This document shows, in pieces, positions 36,324 to 44,668 of a DNA stretch of 44,668 nt. The notes under the pieces are model-generated. The model saw only the letters and a list, made by a program, of their open reading frames with translations, had not been told where the DNA came from and searched no databases. Every line of letters starts with the position of its first letter. Position 1 is the stretch's first letter. The DNA is taken from positions 1-44,668 of the forward strand of contig DYDC01000001.1 in NCBI GenBank assembly GCA_020718125.1, in the 5' to 3' direction. The stretch comes from Methylacidiphilum sp. (lineage in GTDB: Bacteria; Verrucomicrobiota; Verrucomicrobiia; CAIQCK01). A program made the translations under genes and the position numbers.

Positions 36324-37162
36324 ACCGCGTGGCCGACCTGCACCTGCACACGCGCCATTCCGACGGCACCTTCACCTCCGCCGAGGTTGTCGCGCGAGCG
36401 GGCGCGGCGGGTTTCGCGTGCATCTCGCTCACCGATCACGACACGCTGGGCGGCGTCCCGGAGATGATCCCGCTATGTGAGGCGGCCGGCATCGAGTTCA
36501 TCCCGGGATGCGAACTGACGGCGCGCTGGAACGAAAAGGAAGTTCACGTCTTGGCGTATTGCGTAGGATGCGAGGATTCGGAGTTTTGCGCGGCGATTGA
36601 GCGTTTCAAGTCCGCGCGCGCGAAGCGCGTCGCGGACATGGTGGGCAAACTGCAAGGCAAAGGGGTTGGCTTGCAAGTCGAGGACGTGACGGCGCTCGCG
36701 GACCGGGGCAGCGCGCTCGGCAGGCTCCACGTTGCGCGCGCGCTCTTGAACCGGGGTTTCATCGGCGAGATTGATGAGGCGTTTCAGCGGTTCATCGGGA
36801 CGGGCAGGCCGGCCTTCGTCCCGAAGTTTCGGCTGTCGGTGGCCGAGGCGGCAACGCTGATTCATCGTGGCGGCGGCGCGGCCATCTTCGCGCATCCGGG
36901 TCTTGCCAACCTCGACGACCAGTTTGACGCGCTGCTGGCTGCGGGCCTGGACGGCATCGAAGTGTGGCACAGCCGGCATTCCGCGTCGCAATGCAAACGG
37001 TATCTGGATTTCGCCACGGCACGGGGTTGTGTCATCACTGGTGGCAGCGACTGCCACGGCATGGCCAAGGGCGAGGTCCTCATCGGCAGCGTCAGGCTCG
37101 ACTATGCCCATGTCGAGCGGTTAAAGGAATGTCATGCTCGGATTGCTTCAAAAGTTTCGTGA
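36320..37162 (+). CDS. PHP-domain phosphoesterase (TrpH/YciV-like)
   Basis: DLHLHTRHSDG, LTDHD, EVHVLAY, AHP, GGSDCHG. Confidence 0.9.
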   Translation: MNRVADLHLHTRHSDGTFTSAEVVARAGAAGFACISLTDHDTLGGVPEMIPLCEAAGIEFIPGCELTARWNEKEVHVLAYCVGCEDSEFCAAIERFKSARAKRVADMVGKLQGKGVGLQVEDVTALADRGSALGRLHVARALLNRGFIGEIDEAFQRFIGTGRPAFVPKFRLSVAEAATLIHRGGGAAIFAHPGLANLDDQFDALLAAGLDGIEVWHSRHSASQCKRYLDFATARGCVITGGSDCHGMAKGEVLIGSVRLDYAHVERLKECHARIASKVS

Positions 37163-38063
37163 GGGCCTCTCCAAGACCCACGACAAGCTGGTCGGCGAGA
37201 TCAAGCGCATCGTCACCCGCGCGCCCAAGCTCGACCCGGAATCATTGGATGAACTTGAAGCCGCGCTGATCGGTTGCGACATCGGCGTCGAGACCGCGTT
37301 GCGGATCGTGGAGGAAGTCCGCAATGCGAGCGCTGAGGTGGGTCGGGCGTCCCGCACGGCCTCTGGCGAGGTGGATGTGGTGGCAATCGCCAAGCGCATC
37401 GCGTCCGAGGCGCTCAACAGCGGCCCGCTCGCACTGCGTCAGGCCGCGCGGCCGCCGACGGTCGTGTTGCTGGCAGGCGTCAACGGCACCGGCAAGACAA
37501 CCTCGACGGCCAAACTCGCGCATCAGCTCAAACAGGACGGTCGGAGCGTGCTGCTCGCCGCGTGCGACACGTTCCGAGCGGCGGCCATCGAGCAGCTTAA
37601 GATTTGGGGCCAGCGCACCGGCTGCGATGTGATTGCCGGCCAATACGGCGCCGACTCGGCCGCCATCGCCTTTGACGCGCTCGATGCGGCCATCAGCCGC
37701 AAGTGTGACTACCTGTTGATTGACACCGCCGGGTGCCTGCACACGAAGAAGAATCTCATGGATGAGATGGCCAAGATGCGGCGCGTGATCCGAAAACGAG
37801 TGCCCGACGCGCCGCACGAGACGCTGCTGGCGCTGGATGCGACGACCGGCGTCAACGGTCTGAATCAAGCGCGGGAGTTTCATCAGGCGCTGGGCGTGAC
37901 CGGCCTCATTGTCACGAAGCTCGACGGCACCGCCAAAGGCGGTATCGTGGTGGCCATCAACCGCGAGTTGAAGATTCCCGTGAAGTTCATCGGCGTCGGC
38001 GAGCAGGCGGACGACCTCCAGCCCTTCGACGCCAAGGCGTTTGCCGATGCCCTCTTCAGTTGA
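37134..38063 (+). CDS. ftsY: Signal recognition particle receptor
   Basis: GVNGTGKTT, DTFRAAA, DTAG, TKLDGTAKGG, GVGE. Confidence 0.95.
   Translation: MLGLLQKFREGLSKTHDKLVGEIKRIVTRAPKLDPESLDELEAALIGCDIGVETALRIVEEVRNASAEVGRASRTASGEVDVVAIAKRIASEALNSGPLALRQAARPPTVVLLAGVNGTGKTTSTAKLAHQLKQDGRSVLLAACDTFRAAAIEQLKIWGQRTGCDVIAGQYGADSAAIAFDALDAAISRKCDYLLIDTAGCLHTKKNLMDEMAKMRRVIRKRVPDAPHETLLALDATTGVNGLNQAREFHQALGVTGLIVTKLDGTAKGGIVVAINRELKIPVKFIGVGEQADDLQPFDAKAFADALFS
37336..37361. repeat. Degenerate single REP family A unit inside ftsY
   Basis: gtgggtcgggcgtcccgcacggcc vs gtgggccgtgcgtcccgcacggcc in bioF (2 mismatches in 24 nt). Confidence 0.7.
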
Positions 38064-39213
38064 GTTCGACGAGCAGATGATGCGGCGCGCGCTGGCGCTG
38101 GCCCGGCGCGCGTTGGGGGAGACTTCGCCCAACCCGATGGTGGGGGCCATCGTCGCCAAGAACCGCCGCCTTATCGCCGAGGGCTACCATTACCGCGCAG
38201 GCACGCCACACGCCGAGATTCATGCGCTGAAAGCGGCCGGAACCCGCGCCAGGGGCGCAGACCTCTACGTGACTCTGGAGCCGTGCAGCACACACGGCCG
38301 GACACCGCCCTGCACGGACGCCATCATCGAGGCTGGCATCCGCCGCGTCGTGGTCGCGACGAAGGATCCAAACCCGCGTCACGCAGGCCGCGGCCTTGAC
38401 TTATTGAAAGAGGCTGGCATCAAGGTCGAGATGGGCCTGCTGGCTGAGGAAGCGGCCCGATTCAACGAATGTTTCAACAAATGGATCCGCGCAGGCACGC
38501 CGTTTGTCATCGCGAAGGCCGCCATGTCGCTCGACGGCAAGATTGCGACCGCCGGCGGCAAGTCGAAGTGGATCACCGGCGAGCCGGCGCGCGCGCTGGT
38601 GCGGGAGTTGCGGCGCGGTGTGGACGCGATCATGGTTGGGTGGCGAACCGTGGCGTTGGACGACCCGCGGTTGACGGTGCGGCTGCGCGGCGTCAAGCAT
38701 CAGCCGTGGCGGGTGGTGGTGGACGCGCGCGGTGAGTCGGGCTTGAAGGCGAACGTTTACACCGACGAGCACAAGGCGCGGACGATGGTGGTCACGAGCA
38801 AGTTGGCGCCTGCGGCTTGGCGCAAGCAACTAGCCGACCGCGGAGTTGCAATCATTGAGTGCGCTACTGTAGCGGCGGTCTCTGACCGCCGCAGCACCCG
38901 GAGTGAACGGCCGGCGGTCGGAGACCGCCGCTACAGTGATCGGATTGACCTGCGTGACGCGCTGCGGCGGCTCGGCGAGCGCGAGATCACGAGCGTGCTT
39001 GCCGAGGGTGGCGGGCGGTTATTGGGGGCGTTGATGGATCAGCGGCTGGTGGACAAGCTGGTGTTCTTCTACGCGCCGAAGATCATCGGCGGACGCGAAG
39101 CGCCGACGGCCATCGAGGGCGAGGGCATCAAGGCGCTGGCCGATGCCGTCACGTTGCGAAACGTCGAGTGGCGCAGGCTGGGGGAGGACCTCGTGGTGAC
39201 GGCTTACTGCTGA
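38047..39213 (+). CDS. ribD: Riboflavin biosynthesis deaminase/reductase (with in-frame palindromic insertion)
   Basis: PNPMVG, HAE, TLEPC..GRTPPC, SLDGKIA, DDPRLTVR, EGG. Confidence 0.96.
   Translation: MPSSVEFDEQMMRRALALARRALGETSPNPMVGAIVAKNRRLIAEGYHYRAGTPHAEIHALKAAGTRARGADLYVTLEPCSTHGRTPPCTDAIIEAGIRRVVVATKDPNPRHAGRGLDLLKEAGIKVEMGLLAEEAARFNECFNKWIRAGTPFVIAKAAMSLDGKIATAGGKSKWITGEPARALVRELRRGVDAIMVGWRTVALDDPRLTVRLRGVKHQPWRVVVDARGESGLKANVYTDEHKARTMVVTSKLAPAAWRKQLADRGVAIIECATVAAVSDRRSTRSERPAVGDRRYSDRIDLRDALRRLGEREITSVLAEGGGRLLGALMDQRLVDKLVFFYAPKIIGGREAPTAIEGEGIKALADAVTLRNVEWRRLGEDLVVTAYC
38866..38937. repeat. REP doublet family B inserted in frame in ribD
   Basis: actgtagcggcggtctctgaccgccg ... 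cggcggtcggagaccgccgctacagt (26 bp, 1 mismatch). Confidence 0.92.
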
Positions 39214-40103
39214 TCAGCAAAAGTTGCCAGCCGGCGAAACGCTTTTTGTTTCTCGCTCAGTTCGAGCTTGGTCGTGTTCAGCGTTTCCCGCAGGAACTCG
39301 ATGCTCTGGTCATAAACTTCGCGGTTTACCGGATACGGATGACCGTCTTTGCCGCCGTGGGCGAAGCTGAAACGGGCCGGGTCGCGCCAACTGGGGGCGG
39401 TGCCGTAAAGTAGTTCGCTGATGAGAGCGAGGGCGCGCAAAGTTTTCGGCCCGACGCCGGGGAGTGACAGGAGTTGCTCGAAGGACTGTGGCGCGGTTTC
39501 GTAGGTTTGAAGCAGGATGCGATGAAGGCGGTCGGGGTTGATGTCCGCGATGCGTATCGGATGGCGGCGAGGCTGGGTTAGTTCGAAACCGGGCAGCGCG
39601 GGCGTAGAGTGGGCCGTGCGTCTCGCACGGCTTGTCGCTGATGATTGGCCGTGCGGGACGCACGGCCCACTCTGTTCAAGTTCCTTCATCAGCGCGTCAG
39701 GCTGCTCGCGGGTCACAGTCACGCTTGCTTGACGAGTCGCATCACTCTCCGCCGCCACAAGGTTCAGCGTCGCTTGTCCGCGCTGGTCACAGCAGACGGC
39801 GGCGTGAGGCTCGTTGACAAAGTTCTGCACGTTGTCGCCGAGCCAAGGGTAGCGGCGGGCGTATTTGCCGGTCGCGTTCATGCCTTGCTGGACTACGGCC
39901 CAATAGCCGCTCGACGTGAACAGAAAACAGTGGTGATAGAGGTCGTAGCCGTCCTGCACGGCAGCAGAGTCCACCTTTGCAGCGAGTTTACTCGCGTAAA
40001 CCAATTCCATCGGACTGCGGCTGAGCGCGTAACAATGCGCCTCGATCTCCGACGGTGTCTTGCGCGAGGTGGCGCCTTTGCCGCCGGCGACGCCGGTTTT
40101 CAC
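39204..40103 (-). pseudogene. DUF763-domain protein, apparently internally deleted
   Basis: GGKG..SRKTP, AKVDSAAVQDGY.LYHH, WAVVQQGMN, GPKTLRALAL, DPARFSFAHGGKDGHPYPV; only VKTGVA precedes GGKG. Confidence 0.75.
39604..39673. repeat. REP doublet family A inserted in frame in the DUF763 gene
   Basis: gtagagtgggccgtgcgtctcgcacggc ... ggccgtgcgggacgcacggcccactct; near-identical to the bioF copy. Confidence 0.92.
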
Positions 40104-40157
40104 GCGGCAACGACAGGAGTCTGGACGCGACGAGTCGAGCCGACTATGCTTGCGGCC

Positions 40158-40754
40158 ATGTTTACAGGATTGGTTGAAGAGGCTGGCGAGGTCGTCAGCG
40201 TGAAACGCGGCAAGAAATCCACCGAGTTGACCGTGCGCGCGGCGCTGGTGCATCGAGGACTGCGGAAAGGCGACAGCCTCGCCGTCAACGGCGCCTGCCT
40301 GACCACGGTGCGCAAACGAGGCGCGTTGCTTGGCTTTGATGTGCTGGAGGAGACGCTCCGCGTTACGAATCTCCAATATGTTCGCCCCGGTGATGTGGTG
40401 AACCTGGAGCGGCCGATGCGGGCCGACGCACGGCTGGGCGGGCATTTTGTGCTCGGTCACGTGGATGGCGTCGGCATCATCCGTCGCTGGGAACAGTCCG
40501 GAAAGGACTGGGTTTTAGAGGTTGCGGCGCCGAAGGCGCTGATGCGCTACCTCATCTACAAAGGTTCGGTGGCTGTGGACGGCATCAGCCTTACGGTGGC
40601 CGATGTGGGCCGCGGCTGGATTCGGATTTGGATCATTCCCCATACGCGCGAAGTCACGAACCTCCGCCAGCGCGAAGCCGGCGAGCACGTGAACCTTGAA
40701 GCCGACGTGCTCGGCAAATACGTCGAGCAATTGCTGGCCCAAAGGACTCGTTGA
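40158..40754 (+). CDS. ribE: Riboflavin synthase (alpha chain; ribC in E. coli nomenclature)
   Basis: MFTGLVE, GDSLAVNGACLT, LGGHFVLGHVDG, KGSVAVDGISLT. Confidence 0.96.
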   Translation: MFTGLVEEAGEVVSVKRGKKSTELTVRAALVHRGLRKGDSLAVNGACLTTVRKRGALLGFDVLEETLRVTNLQYVRPGDVVNLERPMRADARLGGHFVLGHVDGVGIIRRWEQSGKDWVLEVAAPKALMRYLIYKGSVAVDGISLTVADVGRGWIRIWIIPHTREVTNLRQREAGEHVNLEADVLGKYVEQLLAQRTR

Positions 40755-40780
40755 CATTGTCCGCTGCGTGAAGCTATTTT
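40751..40780 (+). promoter_or_regulatory. Putative sigma70 promoter
   Basis: TTGACA-N18-TATTTT, 10 nt before the GTG at 40790. Confidence 0.5.
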
Positions 40781-40789
40781 CGCCACACT

Positions 40790-41527
40790 GTGTCACCTTC
40801 GATTGAGAAGTTATTGATAATTCAAGACCGCGACCGACGGGCGCTGCAACTCGACTTGGAACTCAAGCGCATACCGGGCGAGCGTGCGGAGGTTGAGGCC
40901 CGCGCCAAGGCCGCCACCACGCGGCTTGAGGAACTCAAGCTCAAGGCCAAGCAGGTCGAGTCCGAGCGCAAGGAACTGGAGAACCAGGTCGGGACCAAGC
41001 GGGAGCAGATCAACAAGTGGCGCGGACAGCAGCTTCAGACGAAGAAGAACGAGGAATATCAAACGCTGGCGCATGAAATCCAGAACGCCGAAAAAGAGAT
41101 ATTCAAGATCGAGGACAAAGAACTCGACCTGATGGACAAGGCCGAGAAAATTGCCGCGGAGATCAAGAAAGAGCAGCAGGTGCTCACGGAAGTGAACGCC
41201 GTGGCGCTGCGACAGCGGGACACGCTTGGCCAGCGCGAAACGGCGATGAAGGCCGAACTCGAAAAGCTCAAAGCCGAACGCGGCGCACTCTGCAAGGACG
41301 TGGACGAGTCCGTCATGTCGCGGTATGAGCGCATCATGCGGCACCGGAAAGATTCAGCGGTGGTGCCGGTCCAGCACGGCATTTGCGGCGGTTGCCACTT
41401 GCAGATTCCGCCGCAGGTGATGCACCAGGCCAAGAGCAGCGAGGAGATGGTCACTTGCGACCAATGCGGCCGGATTTTATATTGGTCGCGCGAATTTGAG
41501 CCGGCGGCGCAGACCGCCGCGCATTGA
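40790..41527 (+). CDS. Coiled-coil protein with C4-type zinc ribbon (DUF164/CT398-like)
   Basis: Long coiled coil, NEEYQ, C-terminal CGGCH...CDQCGRILY. Confidence 0.9.
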   Translation: MSPSIEKLLIIQDRDRRALQLDLELKRIPGERAEVEARAKAATTRLEELKLKAKQVESERKELENQVGTKREQINKWRGQQLQTKKNEEYQTLAHEIQNAEKEIFKIEDKELDLMDKAEKIAAEIKKEQQVLTEVNAVALRQRDTLGQRETAMKAELEKLKAERGALCKDVDESVMSRYERIMRHRKDSAVVPVQHGICGGCHLQIPPQVMHQAKSSEEMVTCDQCGRILYWSREFEPAAQTAAH

Positions 41528-41531
41528 TCTT

Positions 41532-41907
41532 TTCGAAGGGGCGGATAGTCGCTGGCTTCGCTTCGGCGGGGCTGGAGGAAAGTCCGGACTCCATAGGGCA
41601 GGACGCCCCGTGAAAGCGGGGGAGCGCCGCTTCAAAGCGGCGTGACGGACAGTGCCACAGAGAACATACCGCCCCGATGTCGGCAACGGCGCCGGGGTAA
41701 GGGTGAAAAGGTGCGGTAAGAGCGCACCGGGCGCGCGAGCAATCGCCGCCGCATGGAAAACCCCGTCCGGAGCAAGACCGAATAGGGGACTGAGTGGCCC
41801 GCTCGTCGGTCCCGGGTATTGGTCGCATAGACAAATGACTGTCTGAATCCTGTGAGCCTTTGCGGGCCACGCAGGATAAACAAAATCCGGCTTACGGCCC
41901 CTTCGAA
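41532..41907 (+). ncRNA. rnpB: RNase P RNA, bacterial type A
   Basis: GAGGAAAGTCCGG, AGTGCCACAGA, GGGTGAAA.GGTGCGGTAAGAGCGCACC, GGAGCAAG, AAATCCGGCTTA; P1 ttcgaaggggc/gccccttcgaa. Confidence 0.96.
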
Positions 41908-41916
41908 TTATTGAAA

Positions 41917-41984
41917 ATGGAGTGATGGAGTATTGGAGTGGTGAAGTCATGGGTTGATTGCGGCCCGATGCTCCAATACTCCAT
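41917..41984. repeat. Octamer tandem repeats (GGAGTRNT) with an inverted copy
   Basis: ggagtgat ggagtatt ggagtggt ... ctccaatactcca. Confidence 0.7.
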
Positions 41985-42010
41985 GACGCCACGCCCGACG
42001 CGACAACGCC

Positions 42011-42664
42011 GTGCTCTACCCAATCTTCCTCGAACTCGCCGGCGCCGCCTGCGTCGTGGTCGGCGGCGGTCCGGTGGCACAACGTAAAGTGCAGTCTCTC
42101 TTGTCAGCCGGCGCTCGCGTGAAAGTCGTCGCGCTGACCGCCTCGGAACGGATCGAGTCTCTTGCCGCGGAGGGGAAATTAGAGTGGATAGGGGAGCTTT
42201 ACCGGCCGGATCATCTCGATGGCTCTCGGCTGGTCTTTGCTGCCACCGACGACCCGCAGCTCAACGCGCGCATTGCCGCCGATGCCCGGTCGCGCGATGC
42301 GCTGACCAATGTTGCCGAACCACCGGAGGCGGGCGACTTCATGGTGCCGGCGACCCTCAAGCGCGGCGACATCGTCCTGGCCATCTCCACCGGCGGCACC
42401 AGCCCGGCGCTGGCGAAGAAGCTGCGCCAGCAGTTGGAGGATGTCATTGGCGAGGAATACGGCGACTTGGCGAGGTTGCTGGGCGAACTGCGCCCGCTCG
42501 CGGAGCAGCAAATCAAGGCGCAGAACAAACGCCAGCAGTTCTACGAAGATGTCCTCAACTCCACCGTGCTGGATCTGCTCCGCGCCGGCAAGCACGACGA
42601 GGCCCGCCACCGATGCGAGAAACTGCTGGCGGGGTTGACGAAGCAGCCTGCCGCCCATGAATGA
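42011..42664 (+). CDS. Precorrin-2 dehydrogenase / sirohydrochlorin ferrochelatase (SirC, CysG N-terminal-like)
   Basis: YPIFL, VVGGGPVAQRK, AATDD, AISTGGTSPALAK. Confidence 0.9.
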   Translation: MLYPIFLELAGAACVVVGGGPVAQRKVQSLLSAGARVKVVALTASERIESLAAEGKLEWIGELYRPDHLDGSRLVFAATDDPQLNARIAADARSRDALTNVAEPPEAGDFMVPATLKRGDIVLAISTGGTSPALAKKLRQQLEDVIGEEYGDLARLLGELRPLAEQQIKAQNKRQQFYEDVLNSTVLDLLRAGKHDEARHRCEKLLAGLTKQPAAHE

Positions 42665-43460
42665 CCGCGACTTCATCTTCTACGCGCTCTGGGTTTACGT
42701 TGGCGCGTTCCTTTATTCACTCTACCTCCTGCACGGCCGCGTCCGATGGGAGAGCCGCGCGCACAAGGCACTGGTCGCCATCGGCTGGCTGCTGCACAGC
42801 TATGGCCTCTACCTCCGCGCTCGCGCCATCAGCCACTGCCCGGTCACGAATCTGTTCGAAACGCTGATGTTCATCACGTGGGCGCTCGTGCTGGTGTATC
42901 TGGCAATGGGCGTGTTGTGGCGCGTGTCGTTGCTGGGCGAGTTCACGCTGCCGCTGGTGATCGCCTGTGTCGCGTCGGGGTTGATCCCGGCGTTTGACCA
43001 GCCGCGCGCCGAAGACATGATCCGCAACGTCTGGCTGAGCCTGCACGCGGCCATCGCCCTCCTCAGCTACGGCGCGCTCGCGCTGGCCGGCGTCACCGGC
43101 GCGATGTATCTGGCCCAGGAGCGGCAGCTCAAAGCGCGGCGGATGAACGGCATCTTCGCGCGACTGCCCGCCATTGAACAACTCGACAGCATCAACTACC
43201 GGCTGTTGATCGTCGGCTTCATCTTCCTGACCGTCGGCATCGTGTTCGGGTTCGTGCTCGGCGCGGTGCTGATGAAGCCTGACACGCCCAAGACGCTTTG
43301 GTCCCTGGTCGTGTGGCTGCTCTACGGCGGCCTGCTGGGCGCGCGGATGACCCACCGGCTGCGCGGACGGAAGATCGCCCTCGGCTCCATCGTCGCGATG
43401 GCGTTCGTGCTCGCGACGTTCTGGGGCGTCAACATGCTGTCGGCCCAGCACAAGTTCTGA
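42657..43460 (+). CDS. Cytochrome c assembly protein (CcsA/HemX-like)
   Basis: Multiple TM segments; CPVTNLFE, LH, MYL.QER.LK, LP.IEQLD; upstream of hemA. Confidence 0.85.
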   Translation: MNDRDFIFYALWVYVGAFLYSLYLLHGRVRWESRAHKALVAIGWLLHSYGLYLRARAISHCPVTNLFETLMFITWALVLVYLAMGVLWRVSLLGEFTLPLVIACVASGLIPAFDQPRAEDMIRNVWLSLHAAIALLSYGALALAGVTGAMYLAQERQLKARRMNGIFARLPAIEQLDSINYRLLIVGFIFLTVGIVFGFVLGAVLMKPDTPKTLWSLVVWLLYGGLLGARMTHRLRGRKIALGSIVAMAFVLATFWGVNMLSAQHKF

Positions 43461-43462
43461 TC

Positions 43463-44494
43463 ATGGCCATCGTCGTCGTCGGCATCAGCCACCAAAGCGC
43501 GCCCGTCGAGGTCCGGGAGCGCGTCGCGTTCAGCCCCGGCCAGTTCGCGGAGGCGTTCGCAACCCTCCGCGCCGAGCCGGGCGTCGCCGAAGGCCTGATC
43601 GTCTCGACATGCAACCGCATGGAAATCTACGGCGCAGGGGCCGACCCGGCGGCAGTCATCCGCGGCATCGAGGACTTCATCCACCGCTTCCACGAACTGG
43701 ACGCGCGTCTTGGCGAGGCAATCTACCGCTACGAGGAGCCGCGCAGCATCGAGCATCTGTTCCGCGTCGTGTCGGGGCTGGAGTCCATGGTGCTGGGCGA
43801 GACGGAAATCCTCGGCCAGATGAAGGAAGCCTATGATCGGGCGTTCGGGGCCAAGGCCACTGGCAAGACATTGAACCAGCTTTTCCAGCGCGCGTTCCAG
43901 GTCGCGAAGAAAATCCGCTCCCAGACCGCCATCGTCCGGGGCGCCGTCTCCGTCGGCACGGTCGCGGTGGAGCTTGCGGAGAAGATCTTCGGCGAGCTGG
44001 GCCAGTCGCAGGTGATGATCATCGGCGCGGGCGACACCAGCGAGAAGACGGCCCGCGCGCTGTTGAGCCGCGGCGCGAAGACGGTCATCGTCGCCAACCG
44101 AACCCACGAGCGCGCCGTGGCGCTCGCGGCGGAACTGGGCGGCCGTGCCGTCCGCTTCGAGGAGTTCCCGCGGGAATTCGCCCGTGCCGACATCGCGGTC
44201 AGCTCGACCGCCGCCCCGCACCACATCGTAACCCGCGACAAGGTCGCGGCGATGATGCCGGCCCGTCGGAATCGGCCGCTGTTCCTGATAGACCTCGCCG
44301 TGCCGCGCGACATTGAGCCGGCCGTCAACGACCTCGACAACGTCTATCTCTACAACATTGACGACCTCCAAAGCATCGCCGACGAGAACATGCGCGCGAG
44401 GCAGGAGGAGATCGCCAAGTGCGAGGAGATGGTGGCCGCCAACGTCGCCAAGTTCCGTGAATGGTTGAACCGCCAGCCGCCCAGTCTGCCGTAG
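43463..44494 (+). CDS. hemA: Glutamyl-tRNA reductase (short form)
   Basis: STCNRME, HLFRV.SGLESMVLGE.EILGQ, GAG, DLAVPRDI, YNIDDL. Confidence 0.95.
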   Translation: MAIVVVGISHQSAPVEVRERVAFSPGQFAEAFATLRAEPGVAEGLIVSTCNRMEIYGAGADPAAVIRGIEDFIHRFHELDARLGEAIYRYEEPRSIEHLFRVVSGLESMVLGETEILGQMKEAYDRAFGAKATGKTLNQLFQRAFQVAKKIRSQTAIVRGAVSVGTVAVELAEKIFGELGQSQVMIIGAGDTSEKTARALLSRGAKTVIVANRTHERAVALAAELGGRAVRFEEFPREFARADIAVSSTAAPHHIVTRDKVAAMMPARRNRPLFLIDLAVPRDIEPAVNDLDNVYLYNIDDLQSIADENMRARQEEIAKCEEMVAANVAKFREWLNRQPPSLP

Positions 44495-44668
44495 TGGGCG
44501 GGCTGGTATGCATCTCTCTACGGCGCGAAGAGTGTTTTGGGGGAAGTAGTGCGCAGCGGAACCAGTTTCACAAGGCGTGTCTTGCCAGTAATACTATCTA
44601 GGGCGCAACTTGACACACGCGCCACGATCAAGTCCCAGAGGGACGGACGAGAATAGCCCGGCACTTTA

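Noticed and set aside
44527..44536. GAAGAGTGTT shared with 2224-2233 as possible IS ends
   Set aside because: Only 10 nt, same orientation, 42 kb apart, with no associated transposase; compatible with chance.

Overview
A 44.7 kb GC-rich bacterial chromosomal segment. The gene order ribBA-ribH-nusB-(PHP)-ftsY, the short HemA, the TAT-exported Gfo/Idh/MocA proteins and the PQQ-like propeller suggest a PVC-superphylum organism, probably Verrucomicrobiota (inference). Most of it is housekeeping and cofactor genes: ilvN, xylB, mqnD, bioF-bioA-bioD, mpl, tRNA-Ser, recA, alaS, an FMN-riboswitch-led riboflavin operon, rnpB and sirC-ccsA-hemA. There is also a sugar-oxidoreductase cluster, a VapBC module and several decayed genes. 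The outstanding feature is a population of small mobile repeats inside protein-coding genes. An apparently complete REP-associated tyrosine (HUH/Y1, RAYT-like) transposase, bounded by perfect 25-bp inverted repeats made of hairpins, sits in frame in the middle of alaS and makes a 1096-aa AlaRS-transposase chimera. Non-autonomous ~70-bp REP doublets of two families are inserted in frame in bioF, bioA, ribD and a DUF763 gene, with a half copy in ftsY. A second class of 7-8-nt tandem repeats has also entered several ORFs. Two structured RNAs look atypical: an FMN riboswitch with a hairpin inserted in loop L2, and an RNase P RNA that appears to lack P18. All calls come from reading motifs by eye; no database searches were run.
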